From contig BAAIJX010000028.1 in the NCBI GenBank assembly GCA_054600435.1, positions 186,001 to 250,000 of the forward strand: DNA of 64,000 nucleotides. The letters are read 5' to 3'. Positions within the stretch are counted from its first letter, which is position 1, and every line of letters starts with the position of its first letter. This document shows positions 1 through 10,967 of this stretch, in pieces. Source of the stretch: Neophaeotheca triangularis. Taxonomy: Eukaryota. Made by a program: the position numbers and the translations under genes. The notes beneath the pieces are model-generated. The model saw only the letters and a program-made list of their open reading frames with translations, was not told the DNA's origin and made no database searches.

Positions 1-2084
1 GCGGTTTTTTGGACTGCCATGATCGTTTCGAAGTAGGCGAGGGCGGATTCGGTGGTTTTCTTTGAGAGCTGGGTGTGCTTGCGCGTGGTCAGCGTTTTGG
101 TGATGGTGGTTTTGAGCATTCTGCTGAATAGAGTGGCGACGTCGTGTTTTACTTTCTTTACGAGACTGGGCCAGCCGCGCATGGTCATAGAGATGATGTG
201 TTCGGTTACGAGAGGTGAGATTTGCCCTGGGATTCCAGAGGTGGATCCGTTCTCGTAGAGGTCTTTGATCTCTTGGATGGTGATGGTCATTGGCGTCTTA
301 TCGGAGGCTGGCGTGGAGGGAGTAGTAGCTGACTCGGTGAACTCCCGCTTCACATTGACGCCGTTTGCGCGAGAGGCTGCCGGAGTCCGAACAGGTGTTG
401 CGCCATTGCGGCCATTGGTGCGAGCTGGTGGAGTCTTGCGCTTTGAAGGAGTCGAGGCCATGCTTTCGTCGTGTTCATCATCATCATCATCATCACTAAT
501 TTCTGTTACCGCAGCGACGAAGCCCGGGCTAGCGAGTTTGACTTTCGGGCGGGCATCGAGTAGAGATGCTTTGAAGTTCCTGAGTACCTCCTGGTAGGCG
601 GTCCGGAACCGGTTGGTGAGTCCGTCGCCGGCAAGGTGATTGTCGATCTCGCGGATGACATCGCTGAGCTCGGATTCGACGGTAAGACGAGTGTTCTGAG
701 GTTGCTCGGGGAAGCCGGCTAGTTCATCGCAAACAACCTGGTACTGGCGGTCGACACGTTCAGTAATCTCGGGAAGATCTTGCAGGATGAAGCTTCTCAA
801 CGTCTGAGACATTGCACTCTGCAGGTGGGTGATGCCGAAGAGCGCTGAGAATTGACCGAGAGCGCCGCGTTGGCCCCAGACATTCGAGTTTTTGAAGAAT
901 GCGCGTTCCATGTCACGAGCACTTGCATGGGTGACGCCGCTGTCCAAGTCTTGCTGCGAGGCGCACTTGACCACCATCCAGCCCTGCTCGAGCTTGAACT
1001 TGTCGCCCTTCAACACGTCTCTCACGAAGCCCACTCTAGCAGAGTTGAGGAGGTCAGGTTTCGTGAGGACTCCCATGCAGCGATCAACGGCTTTACAGTG
1101 TCTGATGAAGCGGAAAGTCGTCGAATTTTCAAAATCCTGGTCTGCAGAGCACGCTAGGAGGATGAGTGTCTTGGCTTGTTCTAGGTATGTCTTGATCAGG
1201 GTTTCGACCGTGTGGACGAGGTAGTCGTCTGCGGCATCCTCGGCCACATTGATTGCACCCGGGAGGTCGTAGAAACTCATAGGTAGGAGGCCAGGACCTT
1301 CAATGTCCAAGGTAACGACGTTGGGCGAGAACATCGCTCTGTTCTTCTTGACGGCTTGAGGAGTGTTGAAGATCTTGTGTGCATCGTCGTTTGGGTTAAG
1401 AACGACCATCTGCGCTCTACGAAGCGTCTCGGCAAGCTCTTCTTTGGCATAGACAGTCCTCAAGTGCGTAAGCTCGGGGGTCTCGAGGCGCCACCAGTGG
1501 TCAAAGGCATTCTGTTCGTCTGCACGGACGCTGGAGTCGAACGAATACGCCTTGCGCACAGACACGCTGCAGCTCCATTGCGTACCTTCTTTCGTAGTGA
1601 TCTGGAAGGGGCAGCGAGTACAGGTGCCGGCAGCACGTGGCAAGGTGATGTCGCAGGTAGCCTCAATGACTGAAGACTTGCCGGCAGATTGATCGCCGAC
1701 AACAACAAACCTGGGCAGGGAGGGAAGAGTGTTGTCAATACCCAAATCTTCCAACTTCTGAATAGTCTGGATGAACAGGCTGGAGTCGCGGCCAAGAGCC
1801 TTGAGGTGGTCGTCTTGATCTGAGCGCAGTGTTAGATAGTGCCCAAGGCCTACTTGGAAGGCAGTCGACTTACTGTTGGTCGTGGCATCGCCCGTAGTAG
1901 TCGTGCCTGACATGTGCACATCACCACCACCATCGGCGACCGTGTCACCTGGAGAAGCGAAAGCCTGGCACTCAAGGGTAGGCGTGTTGCGCGCAGTGAG
2001 CGATTCAGATCTTGCACGGGTAGGCATCGTGAGGGACCGTTGCGCGATGCCGTTGTCGTTGAGTTGAGGTTTTTTGTCGCGCAT
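1..2084 (-). CDS. Dynamin-superfamily GTPase (Mx-like/fungal expanded dynamin-like protein), 3' end runs off the window
   Basis: Not in the ORF track because no stop lies inside the window. Manual minus-strand translation from ATG 2084 with one intron (1873-1820, GTAAGT..CTAAC..CAG) gives LPRFVVVGDQSAGKSS (G1), GTCTRCP (G2), FYDLPG (G3), GVLTKPD (G4), followed by a helical middle region. Confidence 0.9.
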   Translation of the reverse strand, partial: MRDKKPQLNDNGIAQRSLTMPTRARSESLTARNTPTLECQAFASPGDTVADGGGDVHMSGTTTTGDATTNSKSTAFQVGLGHYLTLRSDQDDHLKALGRDSSLFIQTIQKLEDLGIDNTLPSLPRFVVVGDQSAGKSSVIEATCDITLPRAAGTCTRCPFQITTKEGTQWSCSVSVRKAYSFDSSVRADEQNAFDHWWRLETPELTHLRTVYAKEELAETLRRAQMVVLNPNDDAHKIFNTPQAVKKNRAMFSPNVVTLDIEGPGLLPMSFYDLPGAINVAEDAADDYLVHTVETLIKTYLEQAKTLILLACSADQDFENSTTFRFIRHCKAVDRCMGVLTKPDLLNSARVGFVRDVLKGDKFKLEQGWMVVKCASQQDLDSGVTHASARDMERAFFKNSNVWGQRGALGQFSALFGITHLQSAMSQTLRSFILQDLPEITERVDRQYQVVCDELAGFPEQPQNTRLTVESELSDVIREIDNHLAGDGLTNRFRTAYQEVLRNFKASLLDARPKVKLASPGFVAAVTEISDDDDDDEHDESMASTPSKRKTPPARTNGRNGATPVRTPAASRANGVNVKREFTESATTPSTPASDKTPMTITIQEIKDLYENGSTSGIPGQISPLVTEHIISMTMRGWPSLVKKVKHDVATLFSRMLKTTITKTLTTRKHTQLSKKTTESALAYFETIMAVQKT

Positions 2085-3874
2085 ACTGCGGTGATGTCGC
2101 CAGTCAGTGGTAGGAAGGTAAGAGAGTGTAAGTCAAAGAGTAGACCAAGGAAGAGTTAGGTAGGTAAGTGAGCCCAAGTGAACTTTACAACGCAAGTGAG
2201 CTCTACAACGCGCGGACCACCCCAGAGTGACGCAGCGCAACGCAACGCAACAACGACGACGACGACGATAAGGTAGTGGAAGCGCAAAGTGAAGTGTAGA
2301 ACGTACCGAGCGTTGCGATGGCGTTGCAAGAAAGTTTTGACAACAGAGTGGCTTTCGTGACCGAGGTGGAAAGCGAGGCTCATGAAAGGATAGGGGGTGG
2401 GCTAGAGAGTGTGAGTTCTGGTGGGAAGATTTTGAGAGTGTCGGAGGTGAAGGCTTTTATCATGATGGCGGAAAAATGCGTTCTGAGGGGTTTAGGAGCA
2501 GAGCGTTGGCTTTGACGAAGGGGCTCGTCGTCGTGAGTCTGCGTTGGAGAAGCAGTACGCTGCGCACGACAAGGATGCAGATCTGAAAACGTTAGGCGAC
2601 GAAGCTTGAGGGTCTTTTGATGGGAGTCTACTCACTGAGGACTTCAGAAGCTGTCGAGTACTGTTGGCGATAGCGTTTGCAGCTACAGCGCAGATACGCT
2701 TGACCTCGCATACCCTGAGACGGACAGACTGCAACGTGAAAGGCAACGCACTAAAGATTAGACCAATCGTATGCTCCAAAAAGGTTGAGAGGGCAATGAT
2801 AGAGACGTATCACTTTCGCAAGAAGTTGAAGAAACCGCAGCTGTGAAACCTACTCAATACACTATGTCTACCTCGCTCGTACCGAAGTCGAAAAAACAGC
2901 GGCGGACGCTGCTTGACCATCACAAATTCTTATGAAGGAGCTACTACGGCCGTCTCTGAAGCTCAGTACCTTCTTTGGAGTTCCTATCGTAATCTCTTGA
3001 ACCTACAGAACATATTCCCGGCCTCGGTGAGTGCGGCTAGAGGTCTGTCCTCCGAGCAGTGATGGCAGAAGATGGCGGGCAGCGTTGACTTTCGTCCTCC
3101 AACGTTAGGGCGCGGTAGCAAGTCTGAGTTTTGTCATAGAGCTTCGAGTGTGTCCAGGACCCTGTACTCCTGAGGCTTGCATGGGCTCAAGGTGCCGCTC
3201 TCGAGCAGACGGTACTCGACGTAGGGCAACTTTGGAACGAACTTGAGATGATTGCTGGAGATGCAATTCTATCGTCTTTACTCGACGGCAACAATAAGAG
3301 TGAGCTCGTGGTGCTTGAAAGGGGTTTGATGCTTGGTTCAAAGGGAGAGGTCTAATTTTTGGAGTAGCAAAGTCTCTCAAAGAGAGGACATGTCGTCGAC
3401 GTCTGTCTCTCGGCGTGGTATATGTACCTAACTACTACCTAGGTAAGGTACCTACCTAAGGTATCTATAGTAAGTGGAGGTGAAGGCCCAGCCCATTGTG
3501 GGGAAGGGCCGTTTGTGACCTGCCCTGCCCTGCCCTGCATGTAACACCGACTGCTCCGAGCCCCGCTACCTACCGTAGAGTACACGCAGCTCCAACCTAC
3601 GGACGGGGGTACGGTATCCAAGCTAAGGTAAGATAGGTATACCAAACATACCTGCAACCCCAACACTAATACCACCTTGAACCATTCCACCGCCTCGATA
3701 GGACAAGTTTCAAGTTTCAAGTTTCAAGTCTTGCTGTTGTTGTCGTTGTTCACTCCCCTGCCCCTCATCTCCACCTCCCCATCAACTTGACAGCCAGCAC
3801 CCAGCAGCGGCACCGGCAAGCTCCCTCGAAGCTCTCGTCCAATTCACAGCAACCAAATACACATTCGCTCCAAC

Positions 3875-5389
3875 ATGGCAAGCCTACAGATCCCAACGCG
3901 TACAAAGGGCGGCAATGCTCCCACCACCAAAGCGGTCATATTGGTACATTTGCCCACGTGAAGCTCCCTCTACTTCTCAAGACTAAGACAGCTAGGTCGG
4001 TGGACCATCAAGAGGTACCAGATTCAGGCCGCTATCCCTCGATCTCCCCAAGGTAAGCCACCTTTACCCTCCCGGACCCTCCTCCCTCCCTCAGCAGCAA
4101 ATTGATCCGATCCCCTCCAACCTAGCCCCTCTTTGAAGTCGCCGGCCACCCCATCATCTCTCACTGCTTCGCCGCCATAACCAAAGTCCCCGAAATCCGC
4201 GAAGTCTTCATCGTCGGCTACTACGACGAGTCCGTCTTCCGCGACTTCATCAAAGACTGCTCGCGCTCCCACCCGCAAATCTCCGTCCGCTACCTTCGCG
4301 AATACCAAGCCCTCGGCACCGCTGGAGGTCTCTATCACTTCCGCGATGCCATCCTCAAGGGTCGTCCCGATCGATTCTTCGTACTCAACGCGGACGTCTG
4401 TTGCTCCTTCCCGCTGGAACAGATGCTGCGATTGGCAGAGGAGAAGGATGCAGAGGCTGTGATTTTGGGCACAAGAGTTAGCAACGAGGCGGCGTCCAAC
4501 TTTGGGTGCATTGTCAGTGATGCGCATAGCAAGAGAGTGCTGCATTATGTGGAGAAGCCGGAAAGCCACATCAGCAACCTCATCAATTGCGGAGTCTATC
4601 TCTTCAGTACCGACGCTTTCTTCCCCAGCGTCAAGACGGCGATTAAGAGACGCAGCGATCGCCCGCGGTTGGTGTCATACCCTTCCAGCGACGCCTTGGA
4701 TTCTGCGTACCTCCCACCGCACACGACGGAAGAGGACGAGGACGGCGAGAAGAACGAGGTCATTCGCTTGGAGCAAGACATATTGTCAGACTTGGCCGAC
4801 AGCCGCCAGTTCTATGTCCTAGAGACAAAGGACTTTTGGCGGCAGATCAAGACAGCCGGCTCTGCCGTGCCTGCGAATGCTCTCTACCTGACCAAGGCCT
4901 TCCAGCAGCAATCAGAGGAGCTCGCAAAGCCCTCGGCTACCATTCTGCCTCCCGTCTTCATCCACCCGACAGCACAAGTCGACCCTACCGCGAAGCTTGG
5001 CCCCAACGTCTCAATCGGCCCTCGAGCTCGCATCGGCGCTGGTGTGCGTATCAAGGAGTCGATCGTACTCGAGGACGCCGAAGTCCGTCACGACGCCTGC
5101 ATCTTATACGCCATCATCGGCTGGAGCAGCAAGGTGGGTGCGTGGGCAAGAGTCGAGGGCACGCCAACGCCAATCAGGGAGCACAGTACGAGTGTCGTCA
5201 AGAACGGTATCAAGGTGCAGTCGATTACGATTCTGGGCAAGGAGTGCGCAGTCGGTGAGGAGGTTAGGGTGCAGAACTGTGTTTGCTTGCCGTACAAGGA
5301 GTTGAAGAGGGTGAGTCTTGAGATTGATTCTGTATCTTGGGAATTCGTGCTAACATTGGTAGGACGTTGCCAACGAGGTCATTATGTGA
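3875..5389 (+). CDS. Mannose-1-phosphate guanylyltransferase, GMPPA (alpha)-type
   Basis: Exons 3875-3943, 3996-4052, 4126-5310, 5363-5389 join in frame (445 aa). N-terminal [27 protein letters not shown] nucleotidyltransferase motif, LGTAGG, NADV, YVEKP, C-terminal hexapeptide (left-handed beta-helix) repeats. Confidence 0.92.
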
Positions 5390-5730
5390 GGGGATTTGGG
5401 GTCGTAATTGAAAGCGAAACAGCGGGCGTAAAGGTGCAAGGGGTCGGGTGTTTGAAGAGCAGCAGGTTCGATTAGACATAAATAACCGATGCGATGAGTC
5501 TTGTATTCGTCACTGTCTCTCCCCAGGAGTTGCTGTCGCCCCTGAACGCTTTGCTTCGGTCAAGAAGCGCCTATGTGTTGGCCTAACTTGTAAGGCATGT
5601 AGAATTCAAGAAATATGCCCCACGCCCAATGCCCCGCGTATGCGCACGAAAAGTGATATTGTGACTCCAAACGCCCGCCCTTGACTCCCGCATTCTTGGA
5701 CGTCTCCTCCAAAACAACAACAACTTCACA

Positions 5731-7815
5731 ATGGCAGCTCAAGGCGCAGCAGACGCCGTCAAGGACGCTGTCCAAAATGTCGCCGACAAGGTTAACGAAC
5801 TCTCCACCAACGACACCGAACAGAAGAACCTCCTGCTGGACGAGGTGACTGGCGAGAAAGTGTCCAAGACGGAGTTGAAGAAGAGGCAGAAGCAGAGACA
5901 AAAGGATGCGCAAAAGGCTGAGAAGGCTGCGACAACCAAAGCCCCTCCGGCTCCGAAGAGGAAGGCTGGCAGTGCTGAAGAGGAGGAGGCCAAGCTCAAC
6001 CCGAACGTGAGTCTACACTCTTTCAAGTGACTCATCACGAGTCTGGTTTGAGTCACCGGATATCCTCAGTATAAGGGGAATGCTATAGATCTTGCAACAA
6101 GAATGGCTGGCTAACAACCATGGCCCAGCAATACTTTGAGATCCGCTCCCGCGCAGTCAAGCGCATGAAGGAAACCCGCCAGCCCAACCCCTACCCTCAC
6201 AAATTCCACGTCACCTACGACCTGCAAAACTTCCAAAAAGACTATGGCCACCTCACCAAGGGCGAGCTGGTCCGCGACAAGATCATCACCATCGGCTGCC
6301 GTATCTACAACATCCGGACCTCGGGCGAGAACCTCCGTTTCTACGAGGTCTCGGTCAATGGCGCCGACATTCAGATCATGGCCACCAACATGGAAAACAC
6401 TTCTGAGAAGCCTTTTGCGGATCAGCATGACATTCTGAGGCGCGGAGATATGATCGGTGTCAAGGGTTTCCCCGGTCGTACGTCGCCCAAGAGAGAGGAC
6501 AACCCCGGTGAGCTGTCCATTTTCGCGCAGGAGGTGACGCTTCTCGCACCCTGCTTGCACCAAATCCCATCCGAGCACTACGGTTTCCAGGACCAGGAGC
6601 AACGATACCGAAACCGTCATTTGGATATGATCATGAACAAGAAGACTGTCGACACTTTTATCGCGCGCGCCAACATTGTCAAGTACATCCGCAACTACTT
6701 TGACAACAACGGCTTCCACGAGCTGGAGACGCCCATTCTCATGAAGAACGCAGGTGGTGCCACGGCCAGTCCCTTTTGGACTTACCACAACGAGCTCAAG
6801 ATGACTCTGGCTTTGCGTATCGCCACGGAACTGCCCCTCAAGCAGCTAGTGATAGGCGGCATCCACAAGGTGTACGAGCTCGGCCGCCAATTCCGCAATG
6901 AGGGTATCGATCTCACCCACAATCCAGAATTCACCACGTGCGAATTCTACGAAGCCTTTGCCGATGTCTACGACGTCATGGAACGCACCGAAGATCTAAC
7001 CGAAGGCCTCGTCAAATTCGTGACCGGCGGCACCGAAACTGTCTTCACCACGCAATCCGGCGAGACCTACAATGTCAACTGGGCCAAGCCCTGGAAGCGG
7101 GTGGAAATGATCCCAGCCCTAGAAGAAGCTTGCGGCGAGAAATTCCCGCCCAGCGACCAACTTCACACAACCGAAAGCAACGACTTCCTCAAGCGCATGT
7201 GCGCCAAGGTTGGTGTCGAGTGCACGCCACCCCTCACCAACGCCCGCATGATCGACAAGCTCGTGGGTGAGTTCATTGAGGAAAAATGCATCAACCCCAC
7301 CTTCATCACCGGCCACCCTGAAATGATGTCGCCGCTGGCCAAGTACCATCGCTCGCAACCGGGCCTCTGCGAGCGCTTCGAAGCCTTTGTCTGCAAAAAA
7401 GAGATCGTAAACGCTTACACCGAGCTTAACGACCCCTTTGACCAGCGTCTGCGCTTTGAAGAGCAAGCGAGGCAGAAAGCGCAGGGCGATGATGAAGCGC
7501 AGGTAATGGATGAGGGTTTCCTGACGGCTATGGAGTATGGTCTTCCGCCTACCGGTGGTTGGGGCATGGGTATCGACCGCATGGTCATGTTCTTGACCAA
7601 CAATTACTCCATCAAGGAGGTTCTCACATTCCCCTTTATGAAGGACGAGAAGGTTGTGCCGGGACCTAGGGCTGCGGAGGTCGTGGACGTGGAGCCTGTG
7701 CCTGAGGAGGGTATTGGTGAGTTTGCACCCCTTTCTGACGTTTTCCCTACTACTGTGGTTGGTAGAAGGCAGAGCGCTGTTACTGATCAAATCTGAGTGT
7801 TTAGCGCACAAGTGA
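5731..7815 (+). CDS. KRS1: Cytosolic lysyl-tRNA synthetase (class II)
   Basis: Exons 5731-6006, 6129-7716, 7805-7815 (624 aa). Basic N-terminal extension SKTELKKRQKQR, PYPHKF, OB-fold, motif 2 FRNEGIDLTHNPEFT, motif 3 YGLPPTGGWGMGIDR. Confidence 0.97.
6028..6055 (+). promoter_or_regulatory. Two perfect TGA(C/G)TCA Gcn4/CpcA-type elements in KRS1 intron 1
   Basis: TGACTCA at 6028-6034 and TGAGTCA at 6049-6055. Aminoacyl-tRNA synthetase genes, including yeast KRS1, are known Gcn4 targets; function here is inferred. Confidence 0.55.
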
Positions 7816-7991
7816 GCCCGCCTTTTATCAAGGATCAATGAACAGGTTGAACAGAAGCATAGGCATCGCGAGGACAGATTAAATCACGGCATGGTCGAGA
7901 ATAGACGAAATCCACAATTGCTCTTGGAAAGCAAAGCCACGTAGAGCAAGAGGTGAAACGATGGCCAAGACGTAACGTTACTCAGATCCAT

Positions 7992-10144
7992 TCAAAAATC
8001 GAATTCTTCACACCCCACCTCTTCCCCTGACAACCACTCACCCAGCTGCCTTCTCAAACCCTTTCCCGTGCAAATGAACCACTTCCCGACCCTCCCTTCA
8101 TTTGCTGTCACGGCTTCCAAATCCCTCTTCCCCAACCTCCTGCACTTGACCTCGGCGCCTAGAGCCCTCACCCTGCCAATAAGGGAAGCAGTGTCACCAT
8201 CGCTCTCCACGTGCTCGCCCTTGCCAGGAGCCCCATCATCCCCATCAACCCTCTCGCTCCCTTCGTCTGCATCAGTCTCAGCCCCAGTCCCACTCCCACG
8301 ACAACCCCGCACCACCCCAGTGACAAAAACCACCACTCTCCCTCCCAGCCCCGAATGCCGTCGTAGCACATCGACCACCAAGCCCAAATCCCCCACCCTC
8401 AGCGTCCACAGAACTCTCAACTTGCGCCACACCAAACCGCGCAGCGCGGGCAACAGCGGCGTGATTCCCACGCCGGCGGCCACGAAAACAACGGCCTCGA
8501 CTTCTTTCCCATCAGCAAGAATCGACGAAGATGATGTTGATGAAGATGACGACTCAGACGACGACTCAGACGAAGAAGCGCGTTGGGAGATTCCAAACTC
8601 GCCGCCGAAAGCCCGGAGTTTGATTTCCAGCGGCCCTTGTCGCCTGGCTCTGGTGGTGGTGGCTGCGGCTCCGTCGTCTGCATCGAGGCCGTGCTTGAAG
8701 AGCCATCCCGTTACGCTGCCGACGTTTCTGATCACGATCTCGAAACCCTTGGGCCCTGTTGCTGGGTTCGGGCTTGGGTCGGGAGCGCTACTGACCGTGA
8801 AGGTCCGCACGAAATCGTCGTTGAGACTGCGTGGGTCGTCGTCGCGCATGTGGCTGTAGCCGGCGGAGAGATGCTCGGAGAAGTCGAGGGTGGCGTATTG
8901 GCCTGGTTTTGGGGGGTGGAGGGGGGGTTTGGCGAGGGCGAAGTGGAAGCGGGAGATTGAGGGGGTGAGCGGGGTTTGGGATTCGAGGGTTGCTATTGTC
9001 GTTGGAGGGGTGGGTGTTGCGGACGTGTGGGCGGGGTTGGAGTTGTTTGTTTCCGTGGCGAGGCGGCGGAGTGGGGGGTTGTATGGGCTTGGGTCGCCGG
9101 GTCTGCCGCGGAATGGGAGGGCGGTTTGGATGAAGCGGGCGTGAGTCACGGTGATCTCTACGGCTAGCGTCGAGTGGGGGATTTGCGTCGCGGCTTCTGG
9201 GGGGTAGAAGATACGGGTGCGGCCGGTGAGGGTTAGAAGGTTGCCGTTGCGGAAATCGGGGATGCAGAGGCCCGCCAGGGGCGTGGTGGTTAGGTTTCCG
9301 AGCGTTTGGTAAAGTCGGTTGCCGCTGTATTCGGGGTAGAGGAGGATTGCGCCTGAGGGGTTGTTGGAGGCTAGACGTAGGAAACCCGCCGGGCCGCCGC
9401 GATGGTTGGTGTCCATGTCGTGGGCGCTGTTGGTGCTGGAGATGAAGAAGAGGTCTGCGTGGGCGAGGAGGTCGATGGCGTCTAGGGGCAGTTGGGGTGA
9501 GTTGGAGATTAGGGTTGGGTTGGATGGGGAGGGGGTGATGTGTTTGCTGTTGAGGTATTTGGGACAGTTGCCTAGGCTTTGCTCTATGCGGAGGACGAGT
9601 TGGATTTCGGGTATGGGGGGTGCCTGGTTGGCTTCATCGTCGTTTGCTTTGGTCCCGAGAGCCCCTGCTACCATTCGTCCGAAGAGTTTGACTCGCTTGC
9701 GTGTTTCGAGATCAATCGTTAGGCCGCTGACCATCCTGCCGGTGCCTTCTTCTCTCACGATTTCGCCCGTGGCTTCCTTTCCAACGAGTTCTTCGACTAC
9801 GGGGTCGTGTTGTCCGGGTACGGGAGTTCTTATGCCTATGATTGCTGGAGCCAGAGGTCGAGCAAAGCCGCTCTCACCACCCCAGATGGTCGTCCATGGT
9901 CGGCCTTCTTTGTCTAGCGTACCGACTGCCAAAAGGGGTACTATTTGGAGATGATTCGCAAGTTGTGGCGACAGACCTTTTACAAAGGTCGAGTTAGTGT
10001 TGAGTACTTCCAGCAAGAGCTCGTCCTTGTCTGGTCAGTGACTAACAGACCTGGAATGGTAGGGTTAATATCTTCTGACACTCGCAATGCTCGCTTGACT
10101 GCCGTCTCGCCTTCGTGCCATGGTAAGTCCTGATAGAACGCCAT
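7992..10144 (-). CDS. Pyridoxamine-5'-phosphate-oxidase-like FMN-binding / ferredoxin-reductase-type FAD/NAD(P)-binding oxidoreductase
   Basis: ATG 10144 (MAFYQDLPWHEGE), intron 10050-9977, exon 2 to 7992 (692 aa). Motifs GRPWTT, GNCPKY, NHRGGPAGF, YSGNRLYQTLGN, RTFTVSS, FVAAGVGITP. Confidence 0.85.
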
Positions 10145-10967
10145 TACGGCATGGGCCTAGAGATGTGAAGTCGTCTTAGTTGGCTCGGTCACGGGTAGGT
10201 ATAGGGTTGTCTCTTGTGTAAGACAGCTCAGATGACTTGTCCTATGGCTATGGCCCTTGTAGTGATGTACACCCTTTTACCTCGGTACCTGTACTGTTCA
10301 GCGAGCATCACTGCGATGAGGTAAGACGAAGTAGAGATGTTCGAGAGATGAGGTGGTTGCGCAAGAGAACAGTGATGACTGATCAAGGACTCCGAGGTCG
10401 CCCAGATGCAACTATCTTCTTACCTTCTGCATTTGGCCATCTGTCTACCATGTACTATGAATGCATCTTGGCCGTTTCTTCATGCAAACCTACGACCTTA
10501 TTATTACTTTGACAGGAAAATAGAACAGTAAAAGGCAACGAGGCGCAATGAATAACTTGGCTGCGAGGCCCATCAATATTGTTATTATTCCATCTCTCGC
10601 CCGCTGACAAAAGCTGCAGAAAGTCAAGAATCCATGACGAGCAGATGGCGCCCTCGAGCTGGGGCTTTTGCGGTGTCCTACCAATGAGATTGCTCCGTCT
10701 TGCTCCGTTTCTTCTAACAACTCTGTCGACTCCTAGTTCTGGACCGTTGTAGCACGCCATAACATTATTATATCTTAGGGGAATAAATAGCCCGCTGATA
10801 TCCACTAACTACTCTGTCATCCATCTTACTACTGTTGGAGTCTTGAGATGGATTTCTTGTAATAGTCTGTCTTTGTTTAAGACTTTGTCCGAGAAGAAAG
10901 TAAAAGTAAAGCATAAAGACAAAAGGAAAAAGACAAAGGAAAGGAGTGTGCCCTCCCAAAACCCATC

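Noticed and set aside
3420..3730. TAGGTA/TACCTA-rich tract and (TTTCAAG)n repeat as a CRISPR-like array or element terminus
   Set aside because: Low-complexity promoter-region sequence without regular repeat-spacer structure or terminal repeats.
8068..9954. Long antisense ORFs opposite the oxidoreductase (and similar shadows opposite KRS1, GMPPA, BTB gene)
   Set aside because: Expected by-product of GC-rich codon usage on the coding strand; no independent motifs.
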